DNA from: Candidatus Poribacteria bacterium
GTDB lineage: Bacteria > Poribacteria > WGA-4E > PCPOR2b
Direction: 5' to 3'
Length of the DNA: 64,000 nucleotides
Assembly (NCBI GenBank): GCA_965198175.1
Contig: OZ240245.1
Span: 4,448,001-4,512,000 of the forward strand
Both the position numbers and the translations under genes were made by a program. Positions 21,252-31,971 of this stretch are shown piece by piece. Under the pieces are notes generated by a model. The model saw nothing but the letters and a program-made list of their open reading frames with translations, was not told the DNA's origin and searched no databases. Numbering within the stretch: position 1 is the stretch's first letter; each line of letters begins with the position of its first letter.

Positions 21252-21438
21252 CACCAGTTTGACGCCATTAACGCCACGCCTCTCGAAAAATTCTGGTGTC
21301 TGGCAATCAGTTTTTTGGGCGTGTAGCGTACTCAGCACATTTAACGCATCTATCTAAGCAACAGGAGGAACGCAAATTTTCTCTGCCATAAACTTATCCC
21401 TTTGGAAACAGATTGGTCAGAGTTCTTTGCGATTTTCT

Positions 21439-22692
21439 ATGAAGTTTAACACAATCCCGGAAGCCGTTGAAGCGATTCGGAACGGCGAAATGATTATTGT
21501 CACCGACGATCCAGATCGCGAAAACGAAGGCGATTTGATTATGGCGGCTGAAAAGGTCACGCCGGGAGCAATAAATTTTATGACGAAGTACGGGCGTGGC
21601 TTGATTTGTCTCCCAGCCACTGCAACTCGTTTGGCAGAGCTGAATCTCCCGCTTATGGTATCCGAAAACACCGACCGGCTACACACTGCCTTTACGGTAA
21701 CTATTGATGCAAAAGATGTGAGCACAGGGGTCGCTGCCCATGAACGCGCGCATACAATCCGGAAATTTGTCGATCCGGAGACAATATCAGAAGATTTTGT
21801 GCGGCCGGGTCACATTTTCCCACTACAGGCGATGGATGGTGGGGTGCTGCGGCGAGCCGGACATACCGAGGCAACCGTTGACCTTACCCTGCTCGCAGGA
21901 CTTTATCCGGCGGGAGTGCTTTGTGAAATCTTGAATGAAGACGGCACGATGGCAAGAATGCCTGAACTCTTGAAAATTGCTCCAAAACACGGGTTAAAGA
22001 TTATCACGATTGCAGATCTCATCGCGTATCGGCGGCAAACAGAAACGCTTATTAAACGAGTCACCGAGGCAGATCTGCAAACTCAGCATGGACGTTTCAA
22101 ACTTTATTCCTATGAAAGTATGGACGACCTGAAAACCCATATCGCACTTGTCAAAGGAGATGTCTTAGACGATAAACCTGTGTTGGTGCGCGTCCATTCG
22201 CAGTGTCTCACCGGAGATGTGTTCGGATCGCTTCGATGCGACTGCGGCGAGCAGTTGGATAAAGCGATGGAACTCATCCAAGCAGAAGGAAGAGGCGTAT
22301 TGGTGTACATGCGCCAAGAAGGACGTGGCATGGGACTTAGCAACAAAATCCGCGCCTACAATTTGCAGGACCGAGAAGGGCTTGATACTGTGGAAGCGAA
22401 CAATCGACTCGGTTTCCCTGCGGATTTGCGGGATTACGGTGTCGGTGCGCAAATTTTGGCAGATCTCGGTGTGCGGAAGATGCGTCTCTTAACCAACAAT
22501 CCTCGCAAGGTAAGCGGTTTGGTCGGGCACAACCTTGAAATTGTCGAGCGAGTCCCGCTTCAGACCCCACCGCACAAATTCAACCGTTGCTACCTCGAAA
22601 CGAAGCGAACGAAGCTAGGACATTTGCTGCTACACACAATTGATGGAGAGGAAGAGGAGGAAGCGCAAGATAAAGATGCGCGCGCTGACTAA
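21439..22692 (+). CDS. ribBA: DHBP synthase / GTP cyclohydrolase II
   Basis: [32 protein letters not shown]. Confidence 0.97.
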   Translation: MKFNTIPEAVEAIRNGEMIIVTDDPDRENEGDLIMAAEKVTPGAINFMTKYGRGLICLPATATRLAELNLPLMVSENTDRLHTAFTVTIDAKDVSTGVAAHERAHTIRKFVDPETISEDFVRPGHIFPLQAMDGGVLRRAGHTEATVDLTLLAGLYPAGVLCEILNEDGTMARMPELLKIAPKHGLKIITIADLIAYRRQTETLIKRVTEADLQTQHGRFKLYSYESMDDLKTHIALVKGDVLDDKPVLVRVHSQCLTGDVFGSLRCDCGEQLDKAMELIQAEGRGVLVYMRQEGRGMGLSNKIRAYNLQDREGLDTVEANNRLGFPADLRDYGVGAQILADLGVRKMRLLTNNPRKVSGLVGHNLEIVERVPLQTPPHKFNRCYLETKRTKLGHLLLHTIDGEEEEEAQDKDARAD

Positions 22693-22694
22693 CG

Positions 22695-23177
22695 ATGCCG
22701 AACATTTATGAAGGGAATCTAGTTGGAAGCAATCTGAGAATCGGCATAACCGTCAGTCGATTTAACAACTTTATCACCACCAAACTGTTAGATGGAGCGC
22801 TTGACGCCCTCAAACGTCACGGGGTCGATCTTGATGAAGTAGATATCTTTTGGACGCCCGGTGCGTTTGAGATTCCCGCAACAGCAAAGCGGCTTGCAGA
22901 GAGCAATCGATATAACGCGATTATTTGTATTGGTGCGGTGATTCGCGGCGCAACACCACACTTCGATTTTGTCGCAAGTGAGAGCGCTAAAGGGATTGCG
23001 CAGGTCTCATTCAACACAGGCGTTCCCGTGATTTATGGGGTTATCACCACGGAAACAATTGAGCAAGCCATTGAACGCACCGGTACAAAAATGGGGAACA
23101 AAGGCGCTGAAGCGGCTGTTGCTGCAATCGAGATGGCGAACCTGTATCGGAGGATTGAGGAATCGACAAACAACTGA
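22695..23177 (+). CDS. ribH: Lumazine synthase
   Basis: [23 protein letters not shown]. Confidence 0.97.
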   Translation: MPNIYEGNLVGSNLRIGITVSRFNNFITTKLLDGALDALKRHGVDLDEVDIFWTPGAFEIPATAKRLAESNRYNAIICIGAVIRGATPHFDFVASESAKGIAQVSFNTGVPVIYGVITTETIEQAIERTGTKMGNKGAEAAVAAIEMANLYRRIEESTNN

Positions 23178-23328
23178 TACAAACGGATGGACACTTACGG
23201 TTATTGTAGCCTCCCTAAATCATTGTTCGTTTATGGAAAAATCTTCATACAAATCTGAAGCAGGAAGCCGAAACCAATGGATTTCCGATAATAATCAATG
23301 ATGATTTTTTCTCGTTACTGGATATAAC

Positions 23329-24231
23329 ATGAAGGCAGTTGTGCTGCACGGAGATTGCAGTTCACTTTTGGCGCAACAGGGATTTGCGCAACATACCGCT
23401 CTTGGAGGCATCGATCTCACTTTTCTTGATCCACCCTTCAATCAAGACAAAGGGTACAACGAGTGGGATGATAACTTGCCTGAAACGCAATATTGGAAGT
23501 GGATGGGCGATGTGTGCACAAAGATTTACCACCAGACCGCCGCGGGCGGTGCAATCTATTTTATGCAACGCGAAAAGAAAACTGAATCTGTGCTGCGGTG
23601 TCTACGCGAATCTGGATGGGCGTTTCAAAACCTGATCGTTTGGAAAAAGAAAACGTCCGCGGTCCCCGGAATGAAGCGTTTTGGCAAGCATTACCAGATT
23701 ATTGCGTTCGCAACGAAAGGGGAGCGTCCACAGGTATTTCACCGCCTGCGAATCAATCCGCCACTTCCTACGGACTACAAATATGAACGGGAAAACGGCA
23801 TGTTCGTCACCGACGTGTGGGATGATATTCGTGAGTTGACATCGGGCTATTTTGCTGGAGATGAAGCCTTGCGGGATACAGAAGGAAATCGCTTGCACAA
23901 GCAACAGGCACCGATTCAACTTCTGCTTCGAATAATCCTCTCCTCAACAAATCCCGGCGATGTTGTATTGGACCCATTTGCGGGTTCAGGGACAACGTTG
24001 GTCGTTGCGGAGCAGTTGGGGCGAAAGTCAATCGGCATTGAACTCGATAAAATCAACGTCGAAATCATTCGGGAAAGGCTTGCTGAAAAAAGAAAAGCAG
24101 ATGATATTTTAGGTTTATTCAAAGACTATAAATGCACACCGAACTTAGAAGCCATTTGGGGAACAGATGCGCAAATAAAAGAATCGACATCTGTTTCCAA
24201 ACAGATGGCACTTTTTGAGTCAAATCAATAG
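23329..24231 (+). CDS. DNA amino-methyltransferase (N4/N6, beta class)
   Basis: Catalytic DPPF precedes SAM-binding DPFAGSGTT. Confidence 0.92.
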   Translation: MKAVVLHGDCSSLLAQQGFAQHTALGGIDLTFLDPPFNQDKGYNEWDDNLPETQYWKWMGDVCTKIYHQTAAGGAIYFMQREKKTESVLRCLRESGWAFQNLIVWKKKTSAVPGMKRFGKHYQIIAFATKGERPQVFHRLRINPPLPTDYKYERENGMFVTDVWDDIRELTSGYFAGDEALRDTEGNRLHKQQAPIQLLLRIILSSTNPGDVVLDPFAGSGTTLVVAEQLGRKSIGIELDKINVEIIRERLAEKRKADDILGLFKDYKCTPNLEAIWGTDAQIKESTSVSKQMALFESNQ

Positions 24232-25086
24232 ATGGCTTACTCAATCTATCACTTCTTCGCTGACCTATTCCTAAAAAAACGGGATTTTACATCCCAAAAT
24301 CCGCTTGATACCTTTTCTTTCAATCAAGAGATGTTCGCATGTGTCAACAAGGGACGGTTCCCCGATCTAGCTATCAAACTCAATCACAATGACTCAATTT
24401 TTAGTGGCGGAGAGTTGATTGAACTGAAGGACAGCCAAAGCTATTCAGTTGCTTCTTTCAACTCGACGATTCCGACAGGTGAAAAAGATGTTCAGAAGTT
24501 AATCGAAGGGGTGGAAAACATCATTCGGACACAGATGCTGGAAGCTGGTGATGAGATTCTCTCCTTACCTATTCGGCAAGTGTTCTACTTAATTCGTGGC
24601 AGAAACAGGTCAAACGTGAAAGTTTGCCTAGCCCATGGGAAGTTCTTTTAGACAGTCCCTGTTTCAACCCTGATTTCTGAGTCATTTGGGCAAGCTTTGG
24701 AAGAACGACTTAATCAACTTGGAACATCGTTCTCGGATTCAATGAAACAAAAACTGCTGAATCTGTTCAGCGAGCAAGAAACCTTCAGTAAGACAAGAAG
24801 CGTTGAAAACGCATCGGTTAGACTACGTTTCCGCGTGATGACTGAAGTTAAAGCGGGGGGAAACATCCTAAACCAAAATCAATCTCCCGAGATTAATGAC
24901 AATACGCTGAACCTTGCTACCCCCTATCACAACGAGGCAGAGCAGAAACTGCATATTGATAGAATGAACGCGGCGTTTGAACAAATGAACATCTCTGACC
25001 TATTTTCACAGATTGGAATTTTCACCCTTCAACATCATTTCAACGGTCCCTTCTTAATTTTTCAAACGAATCTTTTATCAACGTGA
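24232..25086 (+). pseudogene. Putative type II restriction endonuclease with in-frame TAG at 24649-24651
   Basis: FPDL...ELIELKDS PD-(D/E)xK motif; ORFs 24232..24651 and 24697..25086 are in the same frame with an open linker; abuts the MTase. Confidence 0.75.
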
Positions 25087-25093
25087 GTCTTTC

Positions 25094-25696
25094 ATGATTG
25101 GAATTATCGACTACGGTGCGGGCAACCTAACGAGTGTTGAGCGCGCTGTCAAATACTTAGGCTACGATGGAAAAATTACCGCCGATTCTGATACGGTTCT
25201 GACCGCCGATAAGGTGATTTTCCCCGGTGTTGGGGCAGCACGGGCAACGATGGACAACCTTAGCGCGGGAGGGCTCTCAGAGGTCTTGAAGCAGGTTTAT
25301 AAAGCCGGCAAACCGATGTTGGGAATATGTATCGGCATCCAAATTCTGTTTAATCACAGCGAAGAAGATGATACCGAGTGTCTGGGTATTTTAGCCGGTG
25401 ATGTAAAACAATTTGAGGCAGCACCCGCCTTAAAAGTGCCACAGATTGGCTGGAATGAAGTGAATCAGACCCAATCGCACCCTATTTTTCAAGATGTCCC
25501 GAATCCTGCACATTTCTATTTTGTTAATTCGTACTATCCGATTCCCCAGGATTCGTCGCATATCATTGGAAAAACTACTTATGGCGTTGAATTTTGCAGT
25601 GTTGTCGCCCATGAGAATCTCATTGCGACTCAATTTCATCTGGAAAAAAGCGGTCGAATCGGACTCAAGATGCTTGATAATTTTCTGCGTAACTAA
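25094..25696 (+). CDS. hisH: Imidazole glycerol phosphate synthase glutaminase subunit
   Basis: IIDYGAGNL, PGVG, GICIG, VPQIGWN, QFHLEKS. Confidence 0.96.
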   Translation: MIGIIDYGAGNLTSVERAVKYLGYDGKITADSDTVLTADKVIFPGVGAARATMDNLSAGGLSEVLKQVYKAGKPMLGICIGIQILFNHSEEDDTECLGILAGDVKQFEAAPALKVPQIGWNEVNQTQSHPIFQDVPNPAHFYFVNSYYPIPQDSSHIIGKTTYGVEFCSVVAHENLIATQFHLEKSGRIGLKMLDNFLRN

Positions 25697-25708
25697 TCCT
25701 GTCCGCCC

Positions 25709-27277
25709 ATGACATCTATCTTCCTTGCATCCCTTGTTGTACTCATCAATCTCTTTACATACAGTTCTCATCATCCGCAAGGTTACGAAATTGTGATGCA
25801 CCTTTACTACGGAATCATGATCCTTGCGGGAAAATATAGTGGTCGTTACGGGCAAGGGGTGCTTGTTGCATTAACTACATTCGCGAATTGGCTGTATATC
25901 GTCCTCTACTACGATCAGATGTTCGTTCCCGGAGTTACGACGGTGGTTGCGACTGTGTATCCTTTCATCGCTTTCTTCATCGCTCGTACCCTACGGCTAT
26001 CCGAATCACAGCAAGATACAACTGAAGAGCAACTCCAAAACCTTGGAAGTCGGGTTCGCGACCTATCAACCCTTTTTGAAATCGGAAAAGCTGCAAACGC
26101 AGCATTGGAGCTGGATGAACTATTCCAAGAAATAATGAAAACCCTCGCGGATCGAATGGGAGTGTATCGAGGCACATTGAGAATCTGGAAAGATGGTAAG
26201 CGAACGAGAACGATGGGTGCTGTTTTCGGATTGACGAAAGCAGAACTCCGGCGCGGCACAGATAGTCAAATCCACGAGATTCAGCAGAAGGTTCTGGATT
26301 CCGGACAGGCGATTGGCGTCCCACACACACGCAAACCGCTTCGACAACTCGACCTTCCTGATGCAACCTCAATTCAGTCCAAAGATCCGATTGCTTTCTG
26401 GTGTATCCCTGTTATCGTGGATGAACAGGTGGTCGCCACATTAACTGTCGACAAGGCATCAGACGAATTTTCGGCGGGAGATGACCTCCGAATTTTGACA
26501 ATCATCGCTTCAATTCTGGGGCAGCGCGTTAAGATTCAGGAGGTGATTGATTCGCTCGTCCAATCCGAACGCTTGGCAACGCTCGGCAAGCTCGCCACCA
26601 CAGTCGCCCATGAGGTTAGGAATCCGCTGGGAGGCATTCGTGGGGCGGCGCAACTCCTCCAACTTGGAAGCGAATCGTATCCAGAATCCAAAGAGTATAT
26701 CGCCGTCATCATTAAAGAAGTGGATCGGCTCAATCGTGTCATTGAGCAGTTGCTCACCTTTGGCAAGGGACGCCCCACGAATTTTAAGCTGCACAATCTT
26801 CACGAGATTATCGAAAATAGTCTCTCAATCTCCCAACCCGACTTGGATCAAAACCGGATTCGCGTTGAATTCATCCGTTGGGATGACTGTCCGCTCGTTG
26901 TCGTTGATGCAGATGGGTTGACGCAAGTGCTGCTGAATCTATTTCGGAACGCGATTGAATCCATGGAAATAGCCGGAGTATTGACAATTCAGACGCAATG
27001 TGATGATGTTAGCACTTCGGCACACACGGGGCAGCCTTTGAGCGAAACCGAAGAATTAGAAAAACAGACTGTTCAGATTCGCGTTCAGGACACCGGGCCT
27101 GGTATCTCTCCGGATGTCGTGCCGTATCTGTTCGATCCGTTTTATACCACGAAACAGAAAGGAACAGGGCTTGGACTAGCAATCAGCCGCGAGATTATTG
27201 AGGAACATGGCGGTACCATTGAAGTCGATCCCACGTTAGCCCAAGGGACCGCGTTCGTCATTACACTGTCGATTTGA
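25709..27277 (+). CDS. Membrane sensor histidine kinase with GAF domain (NtrB-like)
   Basis: N-terminal TMs, GAF, AHEVRNPL, QVLLNLFRNA, DTGPG, GTGLGL. Confidence 0.93.
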   Translation: MTSIFLASLVVLINLFTYSSHHPQGYEIVMHLYYGIMILAGKYSGRYGQGVLVALTTFANWLYIVLYYDQMFVPGVTTVVATVYPFIAFFIARTLRLSESQQDTTEEQLQNLGSRVRDLSTLFEIGKAANAALELDELFQEIMKTLADRMGVYRGTLRIWKDGKRTRTMGAVFGLTKAELRRGTDSQIHEIQQKVLDSGQAIGVPHTRKPLRQLDLPDATSIQSKDPIAFWCIPVIVDEQVVATLTVDKASDEFSAGDDLRILTIIASILGQRVKIQEVIDSLVQSERLATLGKLATTVAHEVRNPLGGIRGAAQLLQLGSESYPESKEYIAVIIKEVDRLNRVIEQLLTFGKGRPTNFKLHNLHEIIENSLSISQPDLDQNRIRVEFIRWDDCPLVVVDADGLTQVLLNLFRNAIESMEIAGVLTIQTQCDDVSTSAHTGQPLSETEELEKQTVQIRVQDTGPGISPDVVPYLFDPFYTTKQKGTGLGLAISREIIEEHGGTIEVDPTLAQGTAFVITLSI

Positions 27278-27349
27278 CACTAAACCACATGAATCTCAAG
27301 ACTGTCACAGATTGGACAACGCCAATCTGTGCTCTAAATGTGAATACCG

Positions 27350-28879
27350 ATGGACCACTCAATTCTTATCGCCGACGATGACGATAGCATTCGTTTCGTG
27401 CTAACAAAAGCCCTTCAAAAAGAAGGTTATCGCATATTCAGTGCACGAAACGGCAAAGAGACAGTAGATCTGCTCCGTTCAGAACCGATTGACGTGATAT
27501 TGCTTGATATCTTTATGCCTGATGCCAACGGGCTGGATCTAATCGAGACGCTCCAAGAAATCAACTCAACAGCCTCGATAATTATCGTTACGGCCCATGG
27601 AACGACGCAAATTGCAATCGAAGCTGCCAAACGCCGCACCTACGACTATATCCCCGAGTCTCATGACCCCATCACCGAGCTTGATGACTATAACACCAAG
27701 CCTGATGACTATATCACCAAGCCTGATGGCATTATCACCAAGCCTTTTGACATCATAGCCGTGACTGATCTCGTCGCCCGTGCAGCGAATGCTGCGAATC
27801 AAGCAAAGCGGACAATCGCGGGATTGGAGCCCAATCAGGAACGCAAACAGAGCATCGACACCTTCTCACCTTCGCCTGCTGGAGAGGACGCAAAATATCA
27901 AATTGTGGGTGAAAGTCCGGCAATGCATGTCGTCTTTCAGATCATTGGGCGGGCATCGATTCTTGATGAAACGGTGCTTATTATGGGTGAGAGTGGTACT
28001 GGGAAAGAATTGGTCGCTCGAGCAATTCATCAGAACAGCCGAAGAACGGAGGCTGCCTTTGTTGTTGTTGATTGTAGTGCGATTCCGCCGGGCTTAATCG
28101 AAAGCACCTTGTTCGGACACGTCAAGGGAGCCTTCACTGGGGCTGAAGCGGACCGCCAAGGAAAATTTAAACAGGCAGATGGCGGAACTATCTTTCTGGA
28201 CGAGGTTGGCGAGCTACCCACTGAAGTGCAGATGAGGTTGTTACGTGTGCTACAGGAACGCGAGATTGAGCCAGTGGGATCAAATGAGTCGAGTCAAATT
28301 GATGTACGCGTCATCGCGGCGACAAATCGGCAGCTTGATTTGGCTATCCAAAATGGCACATTTCGCGAAGATTTGTTCTATCGACTCAATGTTGTGCCAA
28401 TCTATCTCCCTCCGCTGCGTGAACGGAAACAGGATATCCGAGATCTCGTCGATTCTTTCATTCGTCACTTTGCTGGAGAGTATAATCTTCCGGAAGTGTC
28501 AATCTCCCCTGAAGCATTCGAAGCGCTGATGGATTACGACTGGCCCGGGAACGTGCGAGAATTGGAAAATACGCTCAAACGCGCCTTAGTGATGTGTTCG
28601 GGTCACGTACTTTTACCGGAACATTTTCCTCAGTTTTCGGAAGGTAAGGACACATCGCTACATTCCATGATCAAGGAACGTGTTGACGAATACATTGAAT
28701 CAGAAAGAACGGATGGCTTGCTGTACACAGAGATACGTGCTGGTTTTGAGAAAGCGTTATTTGAAATTGTGCTTGACCGAACGGGTTGGAACCGCAGCAA
28801 AGCAGCCGATCTTCTCGGAATCAATCGAAATACACTGCATTCCAAGATGGAAGAATATGAAATTAAGGGAGATAGGTAG
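27350..28879 (+). CDS. Sigma54-dependent response regulator (NtrC family)
   Basis: REC (ADDD, LDIFMP), GESGTGKE, GAFTGA, WPGNVRELEN, Fis-type HTH. Confidence 0.95.
   Translation: MDHSILIADDDDSIRFVLTKALQKEGYRIFSARNGKETVDLLRSEPIDVILLDIFMPDANGLDLIETLQEINSTASIIIVTAHGTTQIAIEAAKRRTYDYIPESHDPITELDDYNTKPDDYITKPDGIITKPFDIIAVTDLVARAANAANQAKRTIAGLEPNQERKQSIDTFSPSPAGEDAKYQIVGESPAMHVVFQIIGRASILDETVLIMGESGTGKELVARAIHQNSRRTEAAFVVVDCSAIPPGLIESTLFGHVKGAFTGAEADRQGKFKQADGGTIFLDEVGELPTEVQMRLLRVLQEREIEPVGSNESSQIDVRVIAATNRQLDLAIQNGTFREDLFYRLNVVPIYLPPLRERKQDIRDLVDSFIRHFAGEYNLPEVSISPEAFEALMDYDWPGNVRELENTLKRALVMCSGHVLLPEHFPQFSEGKDTSLHSMIKERVDEYIESERTDGLLYTEIRAGFEKALFEIVLDRTGWNRSKAADLLGINRNTLHSKMEEYEIKGDR
27641..27745 (+). 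repeat. 5 x 21-bp degenerate tandem repeat in receiver domain
   Basis: YDYIPES/HDPITEL/DDYNTKP/DDYITKP/DGIITKP. Confidence 0.9.
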
Positions 28880-28898
28880 GACTAACATTACACCGGTT

Positions 28899-30941
28899 TT
28901 AACTGCCGATTAAGTCGGGGCACTCACACGCGCCCAGCCATTCCACGAATGTTGGAACCGCCTCGTGCCGTATCCGGGCGCCGACAAAGACGATAGAGCC
29001 TACTCGCCAAATGCAAGTCTCCCCACCATATGTTCCGAGGGTGTGCACGTTGGGTCGGACCTTCATACGGCGGGCGTACAAGCTCGGCAGAGCAACTCCT
29101 TCGAACGTTGTGACCTCGCCGCCAAGCACAATCTCACTTGAGGAACGGACACCGGTCGTTCCTCCATCCTCAGCAAGCGTTTCGCAGTCAGAGGCAAGCA
29201 AAACGCACTTGCCGGGCAATTCCGCGAACCGACGCCAGCAATGCTGGGGCACCTTGCGCGCCATCGCGACGACCACGAGACTGTAACGCTCAAGCTCGCC
29301 CCAATCGAGGGCATCGAGCGAACGAACCTCTATCGGGTCGAAGGGCGTTCCGTACGGATCCGAAATCTCGCCTAGAATGTCTGTGAACAACCGGTCAAGG
29401 CAGTCCACTTCGCCGAACGAGTTCAGGCTCCAAACATGATAGTCGCGCACAACCACAACACGCACTTTTACGTCTCCTCCAACCCGCTGACGAAACTGGT
29501 TGTTGAGCTGACGTGATTCCCCCCATGAGTCTGGATTCCCGTCCGGAAAGGTGGCAGCGGTGCCCCGCGGAGGACGCTCACGGGTTCCATATCCCAAATA
29601 CATAATCCGCGTCGGCTCTTGTGCGAGGTGCTGCTCATATATTCGATTGAGATGCGCCACTGACGGGTGTTGTACTTCATGACCCTGCATCCACGGCATC
29701 AGCTCTTTCTCATGCCGGCGGGCAAGACCGGCAACGTAACCCATATCGCGGGGTATCGAGCTGTCGTTGTAGCCGCGGTCCGAGGCTGGGTAGGGATCTG
29801 CAGATACGATGTCCATCTCACGCGCGCACATATCGAGCCCCATGCCTCCGTGGTCGTTGCCCACGTAGAAGGTGTTGCAACGTGTAAGGTTCCGATAGAT
29901 TCTTAGTGACTCGATGCCCTCTTGGCACAGCGTGTCCTTTGCAACTCGCAGAAGATCCGCACAAGCGCGGTGGTAAGACCACATCCAATCGGCGTACGCC
30001 CGCTCGCCGAACGCCTGTTGATACGTCCAATGCCGAGGATAGGTGTCGTCGGTATTCAAGCGCTTAAAGGCCGCGATTGCTTCGTCCGAATACTCCCAAA
30101 GAGGCATCGACTGGGCAGGATTCGCAGGACCGTTGGGCACCGTCTGCAAAAAATCCTCGTCGCCGACCCGGATTCCCATGACAATATCGGCAGGGAACTC
30201 TCCGCCGTTCGCCTCCGCCCACCGCCCAATCTCGTATCTAAGCTGCGCACGAAGCCCCTCGGCGGTCCCAACCGCGTGGGGGCTAGCCGTGTTGCCGAAG
30301 TAGTTTGCTGGCTGCGGCTGCTCGAAAATGGGTCCGCGCATTCGCCAATAGACGGCTAGCATGACATTGTCAAGATTGCCGCGCACGCCGGACAAATCGA
30401 ACCGCATACGATAGGTGTACTCGCCGCTGACCTCAATCGTTGCGGGAATTATCAACAAGTGTTGCTGCCCGTCGTAATCCTTTTCCTTGACGACGACTTC
30501 CGCACGATGCGGCGGCAACAGTTCCGCGAAGTAACTGCCGTTTCCGAGCGTCCAGTCACTACCGAAGACGGGCTTCTCAATCAAAATTTCGTGTCGTTGA
30601 GGTGCGAAGGAAAACCGATTCCAGTCGATTGCTTTTCCCTCATAGACACCCCCGATCATGACACACGGTGTTGGGGTAATGCCGTGTGCGGCGAGGCGGT
30701 CGGCTCGAAGTGTGATGTTCTCAATCGTAAATGCGAGCTGCACGTCGTACTTTCGGGCACATTCCAACGCTTGATTCAGGTCGAGCTCGTCGCCCACCCA
30801 GATGGCAGGATACATGTTGATTTCGACGCCTTCGACACCGTGGGCTTTCATGTCACGGAAGTCTTCGTCCACACCGTTGACGACGTTCACGTAGCTCATC
30901 CACACGCCTGCCTTGTGCGTGTGGAATGAAGTTTGTGCCAT
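28899..30941 (-). CDS. Hypothetical protein, possibly glycoside-hydrolase-like TIM barrel
   Basis: Long ORF, GGAGG RBS before ATG 30941; RVGDE, DIVSADPYP, WMQG resemble GH42-like proteins. Confidence 0.5.
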   Translation of the reverse strand: MAQTSFHTHKAGVWMSYVNVVNGVDEDFRDMKAHGVEGVEINMYPAIWVGDELDLNQALECARKYDVQLAFTIENITLRADRLAAHGITPTPCVMIGGVYEGKAIDWNRFSFAPQRHEILIEKPVFGSDWTLGNGSYFAELLPPHRAEVVVKEKDYDGQQHLLIIPATIEVSGEYTYRMRFDLSGVRGNLDNVMLAVYWRMRGPIFEQPQPANYFGNTASPHAVGTAEGLRAQLRYEIGRWAEANGGEFPADIVMGIRVGDEDFLQTVPNGPANPAQSMPLWEYSDEAIAAFKRLNTDDTYPRHWTYQQAFGERAYADWMWSYHRACADLLRVAKDTLCQEGIESLRIYRNLTRCNTFYVGNDHGGMGLDMCAREMDIVSADPYPASDRGYNDSSIPRDMGYVAGLARRHEKELMPWMQGHEVQHPSVAHLNRIYEQHLAQEPTRIMYLGYGTRERPPRGTAATFPDGNPDSWGESRQLNNQFRQRVGGDVKVRVVVVRDYHVWSLNSFGEVDCLDRLFTDILGEISDPYGTPFDPIEVRSLDALDWGELERYSLVVVAMARKVPQHCWRRFAELPGKCVLLASDCETLAEDGGTTGVRSSSEIVLGGEVTTFEGVALPSLYARRMKVRPNVHTLGTYGGETCIWRVGSIVFVGARIRHEAVPTFVEWLGACECPDLIGS

Positions 30942-31071
30942 GTTCATATCCTCCAGTCTTGTTCTAGTCATTTGCTGTGTCTGCCGCGGGTCGTCAAATT
31001 AAGCATAGCCCACCGGTAATCTATCGCTGTGAATTAAAGCCAGAGCAAGAGTGTCTTATGTTTGAGTATAC

Positions 31072-31815
31072 CTACTTCAACCGAAGAATATCCTGCCGCG
31101 CCTCCGTAAGCGCGTCCATGACCCGGTCGCTAAAGACAAGTCCCTGTCCGCCCCAGTCAGGCATGTAGCCGATACTGTAGCAGTAGTAAACGGTTCGCCG
31201 CCGGCGACCTGAGGTATTAATCACGGAGCCATGTGTTAAGGCTTCGGTGAAAATAATCGCGTCACCCGCTTTTGCGGGAATCGGTGTCAAGACCGGATTT
31301 TCGTCTGGATGATTGCCCCACGGCCTAGGAAAATTGCTCTTGTGTGCCCCCGAGATAACCGCGAAGCAACCGTCCTCGACATCGCAATCAATCGTTGGAA
31401 ACACTGCTTTGGTCAAGGTGGAAACCATCTGACCGTTGCGGCAGTGGTATTGGCATTTAGAGATAATTGGAGTGCCGTGCATATGCATCTGTGTATACCC
31501 ATCCTTCCATCGGTAGATGGTATAGGTGTGATTGAGGCGGTAGGGACCGCCAGTAACACCTTCGATGATGGACAGCACTTCAGGGATGTCAATTAGCGGA
31601 ATAAAAGCCGGATCGCTCTCAAGGATATTCGAGATGTAAAGCTCTTTCTCCGTTTTCGGTGTTCCGAGAACGAGAGGCGGCGGAAATTCCTCCGGCGGCA
31701 TGTTTTCAAATCGATCAAGCGCTCTATTACACGCCTCCACCACGTTGAGTGGTACCACATCCTTCAAAACAATGTAGCCTTCCAGGTCAAAAAGATATTT
31801 CTGTTGCTCTGTCAA
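31072..31815 (-). CDS. Phytanoyl-CoA dioxygenase (PhyH) family protein
   Basis: YLFDLEGYIVL, GAHKSNF, AGDAIIFTEALTHG, RR. Confidence 0.9.
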   Translation of the reverse strand: MTEQQKYLFDLEGYIVLKDVVPLNVVEACNRALDRFENMPPEEFPPPLVLGTPKTEKELYISNILESDPAFIPLIDIPEVLSIIEGVTGGPYRLNHTYTIYRWKDGYTQMHMHGTPIISKCQYHCRNGQMVSTLTKAVFPTIDCDVEDGCFAVISGAHKSNFPRPWGNHPDENPVLTPIPAKAGDAIIFTEALTHGSVINTSGRRRRTVYYCYSIGYMPDWGGQGLVFSDRVMDALTEARQDILRLK

Positions 31816-31971
31816 TGGTAGCCCTCCTTATCTAAGAATAATTCTGAAGACAATGTCAAGATGGGACTGCGGTTATTTGCCATCACCAAGCCAAAAAGGT
31901 AAACTCCAATAATTATCCAAATATGTCTGTTGAACAGAAGGTTGGATTGGTCATCAGATGATGACATTGTG

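Noticed and set aside
5217..24651. Stop-codon reassignment explaining in-frame TAA/TAG
   Set aside because: TAA and TAG terminate conserved genes normally (pyrG TAG, ribE TAA, hisH TAA)
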